A stretch of 10,640 bases of DNA, taken from Myxococcota bacterium. GTDB lineage: Bacteria; Myxococcota_A; UBA796; GCA-2862545. Where the stretch lies: positions 1 to 10,640 of the forward strand of contig JBCCQY010000234.1 of the NCBI GenBank assembly GCA_039208735.1. The letters are read 5' to 3'. A program made the position numbers and the translations under genes. Positions 6,649 through 10,640 of this stretch are shown in pieces. How positions within the stretch are numbered: position 1 is the stretch's first letter; the number at the start of each line of letters is the position of its first letter. The notes under the pieces were generated by a model, which was given only the letters and a program-made list of their open reading frames with translations, searched no databases and was not told where the DNA came from.

Positions 6649-7776
6649 GTGGTCGCGTGGTGGCTGGTGTCGTGTTGGTTGTTCCAGGGCGCTCCCGAAG
6701 ACCCAGGATTGAGCGGCGCCACCATCGCCAAGTACATCCCCGACAATATCGCGGAGCGCGATGGTTGGGCGGCGGACGTCGGAGAGGCGCTTCGGGCGGC
6801 ATCGTTGCCCGTCGACGAGTCTCACGTCTGTCAGGTGCTTGCGATTGTGGAGCAAGAGTCTACCTATCGCGCGGATCCGTCGGTTCCGAACCTCGGCAAG
6901 ATTGCGCGGGAGGAGATGGAGTCGAAGCTGTCGTTGTTGGGCCCGCTGTCCAACCTCGGCATCGACTGGTTGTTGTCGCCAGTGCCCGAGGGAGCCTCCG
7001 AATCGTTTGAGGCCCGACTCAACAAGGTGCGAACCGAGGGTCAGCTCGATGAGCTGTACCGCGACCTCGCCGGCTACCACACCCGCCACGCCAGCGGGTT
7101 GCCCTTGGCGGGGGCACTCCTGGCCCGGGAACTCGATAAGCTGAACCCCATCGACAGCTCGGGCTCGATGCAGGTCTCGGTGGCGTGGGCTCAGAAAGCC
7201 GGCAAACGAGAGGGCATCCCTCGCGCCACGGTTCGAGAGTTGCTCTACACCCGCGCCGGCGGGCTGCGGTGGGGCACCGCCCGGCTGTTTTCGATCGACG
7301 CCGACTACGACGACCCGATCTACCGTTTTGCGGACTACAACGCTGGGATCTACGCAAGCCGAAATGCTGCATTTCAGGCCCAGCTCTCCGAGATCATGGG
7401 GCTCGACCTTGCGCTGGATGGTGACCTGCTCGCCTATACCGATTCAGGTCCTACGGACGGCGAGACCATGGGGGCGCTGCTCGCATGGCGCGCGCTGCAC
7501 GCCACCGATCTGTCGGAGGGCCGGGTGCGACGGGACGTGAAGCTCGAAAAGGAAAAGCGCTTCGAGTCCACCGAAACCTGGAAGCGTCTCAAGGCGGGGT
7601 ACCAAGCGCGCACCGGTGAGGAACCGCCCTACGCAAGGTTGCCCAACGTGGCGTTGCATTCGCCGAAAATCACGCGAAAGCTGACCACAGCGTGGTTCGC
7701 GAAGAACGTTGACCGCCGGTACGAGGATTGCCTTGGCCGCCACGAACCCGAGAAAGCGAGCGCCCCTGCGGATTGA
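6649..7776 (+). CDS. DUF1615 / YaiW-like protein with lysozyme-like (SLT) motifs
   Basis: GWAADV, CQVLAIVEQESTYRADPSVPNLGKIA, NPIDSSGSMQVSVAWA, YRFADYNAGIYASRNAAFQ, LALDGDL, SPKITRKLTTAWFAKNVDRRYEDCL match DUF1615 as I recall the family. GGAGG at 6640-6644 precedes GTG 6649. Confidence 0.85.
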   Translation: MVAWWLVSCWLFQGAPEDPGLSGATIAKYIPDNIAERDGWAADVGEALRAASLPVDESHVCQVLAIVEQESTYRADPSVPNLGKIAREEMESKLSLLGPLSNLGIDWLLSPVPEGASESFEARLNKVRTEGQLDELYRDLAGYHTRHASGLPLAGALLARELDKLNPIDSSGSMQVSVAWAQKAGKREGIPRATVRELLYTRAGGLRWGTARLFSIDADYDDPIYRFADYNAGIYASRNAAFQAQLSEIMGLDLALDGDLLAYTDSGPTDGETMGALLAWRALHATDLSEGRVRRDVKLEKEKRFESTETWKRLKAGYQARTGEEPPYARLPNVALHSPKITRKLTTAWFAKNVDRRYEDCLGRHEPEKASAPAD

Positions 7777-7805
7777 CAGCTCGAAAACTCGGTTACGCGA
7801 TGGCC

Positions 7806-8801
7806 ATGAAGATCGTCGTGACCGGGGGAGCCGGCTACATCGGCAGTCACGCCGTCCACACCTTGGTCGAAGAAGGCTTCGACGTCGTCGTGGTCGACAA
7901 CCTGTCCCGAGGCCATCAAGTAGCGGTCGACCGCCGGGCTCGACTCGTCGTGATGGACCTTCACGAGACGGAGCGCCTTGCCCGGGTGCTGGAAGGGGCC
8001 GCCGCGGTGTGGCACTTCGCGGCGTGGTCGGTGGTCTCGCATTCGGTCCACGATCCGCTTGCGTACTGGGACATGAACGTCACCGGGAGCGTATCCCTGC
8101 TTCGGGCGATGCACTCCGCGCAAGTCAAGCGCCTCGTGTTCTCGAGTACAGCCGCGACCTACGGCATTCCCAAGTCGCTGCCCATTCGTGAAGACGCTCC
8201 CCAAGCGCCCATCAATCCCTACGGTCAAACGAAGTTGGCAGTGGAGCGGGCGATTGCCGATCTACAAGGTGCGGATCCGGAGTTTTCCGCCACGATCCTC
8301 CGGTACTTCAATGTGGTGGGGTGCGCGTTTGGGTTGGGGGAGGACCATCGACCCGAAACGCACCTCGTGCCCATCCTGTTGCAAGCGGCGGCTGGACTCC
8401 GTGATCACTTCGCCATCTTTGGCGACGATTACCCCACTCCCGACGGCACGTGCGTGCGCGACTACGTGCATGTCGCCGACCTCGTAAAGGCGCACCGACT
8501 CGCGCTTGCGGCGATGGAACCCGGAGATCGTCGGGTCTACAACGTGGGCCTTGGGGCGGGCTGGTCGGTGCGCGAACTCGTCGCGACCACGCGCGCGGTC
8601 ACCGGACGCGACTTTCCCGTCCGCGTGAAGGCCCGTCGTTCTGGGGATCCACCTGCGCTCGTGACGGATCCCACCCGCATCACCCGAGAGCTTGGCTGGT
8701 CGCCACGACACCGCGACATCGCGGATGCCATCGCAAGCCAGTGGTCCTGGATGCTCGAGAACCCCGAAGGCTGGAGGCGGCTTGAGGAAGTCCCCGCCTA
8801 G
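7806..8801 (+). CDS. galE: UDP-glucose 4-epimerase
   Basis: MKIVVTGGAGYIGSH, DNLSRGH, HFAA, FSSTAATYG, PINPYGQTK (YxxxK), LRYFNV, GEDHRPETHL, FGDDYPTPDGTCVRDYVHV, RRSGDPP. Start ATG 7806 (or 7800). Confidence 0.95.
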   Translation: MKIVVTGGAGYIGSHAVHTLVEEGFDVVVVDNLSRGHQVAVDRRARLVVMDLHETERLARVLEGAAAVWHFAAWSVVSHSVHDPLAYWDMNVTGSVSLLRAMHSAQVKRLVFSSTAATYGIPKSLPIREDAPQAPINPYGQTKLAVERAIADLQGADPEFSATILRYFNVVGCAFGLGEDHRPETHLVPILLQAAAGLRDHFAIFGDDYPTPDGTCVRDYVHVADLVKAHRLALAAMEPGDRRVYNVGLGAGWSVRELVATTRAVTGRDFPVRVKARRSGDPPALVTDPTRITRELGWSPRHRDIADAIASQWSWMLENPEGWRRLEEVPA

Positions 8802-9954
8802 CGTCACCTATGTGCTCACCCACCTCGCCTATGGCGGCGCCGAGACCCAGGTGGTCGAGCTGTGTCGCCACGTCAAGGAGCTGGGCTGGCGACCGTCGAT
8901 TCTCTCGCTCATGCGTCCCTCGGGGCTTCTGGAGCGATTGGCGGACATCGGCGTACCCGTGGTCCACCTCGACATTCGACGTGGCTCGTGGACCCCTCGC
9001 ATCGTCACGGGGCTGCGCCGTGAGGTCACCCGGCTCGCGCCCACGGTGCTGCACAGCCACACCCTGCCGGCCAATTTTGCGGCTCGCGTCATCCGCCCGA
9101 TGACCCAAGTGCCGGTGCTCGTCACCAGCGCCCACAACATCTGGGAAGGCGGTGCCCTCCGCATGTTGTTCTACCGTCTGACCGACCGACTAACCGATCT
9201 CACCACGAACTGCTCAACGGCCGCGGTGGACCGCTACGTCGACATCAAGGCTGCCCCTGCGAGCCGCATTCGGTACATGCCCAACGGCATCGACATCGAT
9301 CGGTTTGCCCCGGACCCCGAGCGGCGTCAGGCGGCTCGAAGCCAACTGGGGCTCGGCGACGCTTTCGTCTACCTTGCGGTGGGCCGGATGACCGAGCAAA
9401 AAGATTGGCCCAACCTGCTGGATGCAGCCGCTCGGGCTTTGGGCCCCAACGACCGCCTGCTCGTGGTGGGAGAGGGGGAGCTTCGCAACGAGGTGGCGCG
9501 GGGCATCGTGGAGCGCCGACTGGGGGACCGGGTGCAGATGCTCGGAACCCGGACCGACATCGATGATCTGATGCGGGCCGCCGACGTCTACGTGATGTCC
9601 TCGGCGTGGGAAGGGCTGCCCATCGTGCTGTTGGAGGCGAGTGCGGCAGGCCTTCCGATCATCGCCACCAACGTGGGAGGCAACGATCAAATCGTGCAGC
9701 CTGGGGTCACCGGCTGGCTCGTGCCCGCGCAATCGGCCAACGCGTTGGCGCAGGCCATGATGCAGGTGCGTCAAACGCCGGCCGCACGCCGAGCCGCGAT
9801 GGGTCAGCAGGCGCGACATCACGTGGCGACGACGTACTCGATGGCGGCCATCGCGAAGACGTGGGTTGCCCTCTATGAGGACCTGCTGGCCAAGCGGGCG
9901 ACCGACCCGTGGTCGTGGCATGCGCCGCGGGTGGCCCTGGAGGCGTCGCGATGA
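8782..9954 (+). CDS. Glycosyltransferase family 4 (WbnK-like)
   Basis: LAYGGAETQV, TSAHN, PNGIDIDRF, AVGRMTEQKD, VVGEGEL, SSAWEGLPIVLLEASAAGLPIIATNVGG (EX7E). Likely start TTG 8782 after GGAGG (8773-8777), overlapping the galE 3' end by 20 nt. Confidence 0.93.
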   Translation: MRKSPPSVTYVLTHLAYGGAETQVVELCRHVKELGWRPSILSLMRPSGLLERLADIGVPVVHLDIRRGSWTPRIVTGLRREVTRLAPTVLHSHTLPANFAARVIRPMTQVPVLVTSAHNIWEGGALRMLFYRLTDRLTDLTTNCSTAAVDRYVDIKAAPASRIRYMPNGIDIDRFAPDPERRQAARSQLGLGDAFVYLAVGRMTEQKDWPNLLDAAARALGPNDRLLVVGEGELRNEVARGIVERRLGDRVQMLGTRTDIDDLMRAADVYVMSSAWEGLPIVLLEASAAGLPIIATNVGGNDQIVQPGVTGWLVPAQSANALAQAMMQVRQTPAARRAAMGQQARHHVATTYSMAAIAKTWVALYEDLLAKRATDPWSWHAPRVALEASR

Positions 9955-10640
9955 GATTTGGCTCGGCGGACCTGCTGCCCGTCCTGGCCGTGCTCGTCGT
10001 GAGTTCGATCGTCGTATTGTGGGTGCAGCGGCGCTACTCCACCGTCGATGGACGCCTCGTCGCCGCTTCGTGGGGCGCGCACATTCTGTCTGCGCTCGTG
10101 CAGCTATGGCTCGTGCTTCGGGTTTACGGCGTGGGCGATGTGCTCATGTACGATCGCTATGGGCGCGACTTGTCGGCCGCGATGCGGGCCGATCCCTGGA
10201 CGGTGATTCCGCAGGTCTTCGGTGTCGTGCTCCAGCAGGGCAACCGGTTGTCGGTCTTCGTGCCGGCAGATGGCCAACCCACGGGCAGCATGGTGGCCCT
10301 GACGAGCCTCGTCCACGTCGTGTTGGGTGACTCCTTGTTGGCCGCGGCCCTTTGGTTTTCCCTGTTGTCGTTCATCGGCAAACTACTGTTGCTCGAAACG
10401 TTCCGTTCAACCACCCCCGAGCACACCCATCGGGCCTTGCTGTTCGCCGTGTTGTTCGTTCCTTCAGCCGTGTTCTGGTCATCGGGTGTCATCAAAGAGG
10501 CAGTGGCGCTGCTCGGCATCGGCTTGTTTGTGTTTGGGGTTCATCGCACGTTCGAAGGCCGAGGCATGGGACTGGCCATGGTGGCCTCGGGTGCAGTGGT
10601 CATGGGCATCGTCAAGCCCTACATCCTCATGGGGCTCACG
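9951..10640 (+). CDS. Multi-pass membrane protein, GT-C-like (possible Wzy polymerase/ligase), 3' truncated by window
   Basis: Open frame from ATG 9951 (ATGA overlap with the GT4 stop; GGAGG at 9939-9943) to the window end: MRFGSADLLPVLAVLVVSSIVVLWV...YGVGDVLMYDRYG...LFVPSAVFWSSGVIKEAVALLGIGL...GIVKPYILMGLT. Several TM helices, a GDxxxY loop motif, and PSxxFWxxxxxKE. Not in the ORF track because no stop falls in the window. Confidence 0.8.
   Translation, partial: MRFGSADLLPVLAVLVVSSIVVLWVQRRYSTVDGRLVAASWGAHILSALVQLWLVLRVYGVGDVLMYDRYGRDLSAAMRADPWTVIPQVFGVVLQQGNRLSVFVPADGQPTGSMVALTSLVHVVLGDSLLAAALWFSLLSFIGKLLLLETFRSTTPEHTHRALLFAVLFVPSAVFWSSGVIKEAVALLGIGLFVFGVHRTFEGRGMGLAMVASGAVVMGIVKPYILMGLT

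Noticed and set aside
5829..9921. Other long antisense or alternate-frame ORFs (5829..6746, 7629..8228, 9214..9921 etc.)
   Set aside because: They overlap confidently identified genes and show no motifs; typical GC-rich shadow ORFs.
1..10640. CRISPR arrays, tRNA/rRNA, IS elements, ops/JUMPstart site, intrinsic terminators
   Set aside because: By eye I found no spaced repeats, RNA gene signatures, transposase motifs, intergenic GGCGGTAG element or hairpin-plus-U-tract.

Overview
High-GC bacterial window (gene set reminiscent of Myxococcota/Deltaproteobacteria; taxonomy is inference) carrying a divergently organised surface-polysaccharide locus. The minus-strand arm has a GT4 glycosyltransferase, a His-rich beta-propeller (DUF4915/TIGR03032-like) and a secreted TPR protein. 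The plus-strand arm has a membrane-bound CapD/PglF-type UDP-HexNAc 4,6-dehydratase, a short OPX (Wza-like) export protein lacking the C-terminal outer-membrane helix, a DUF1615/YaiW-like protein with all three lytic-transglycosylase motifs, galE, a second GT4, and a GT-C-like multi-pass membrane protein (possible Wzy) that runs off the right edge and is absent from the ORF track. The left edge is a perfect fold-back: 1-118 is the exact reverse complement of 171-288, with a 52-nt spacer, inside a Ser/Thr kinase gene. This is most likely an amplification or assembly chimera, less likely a real inverted duplication.
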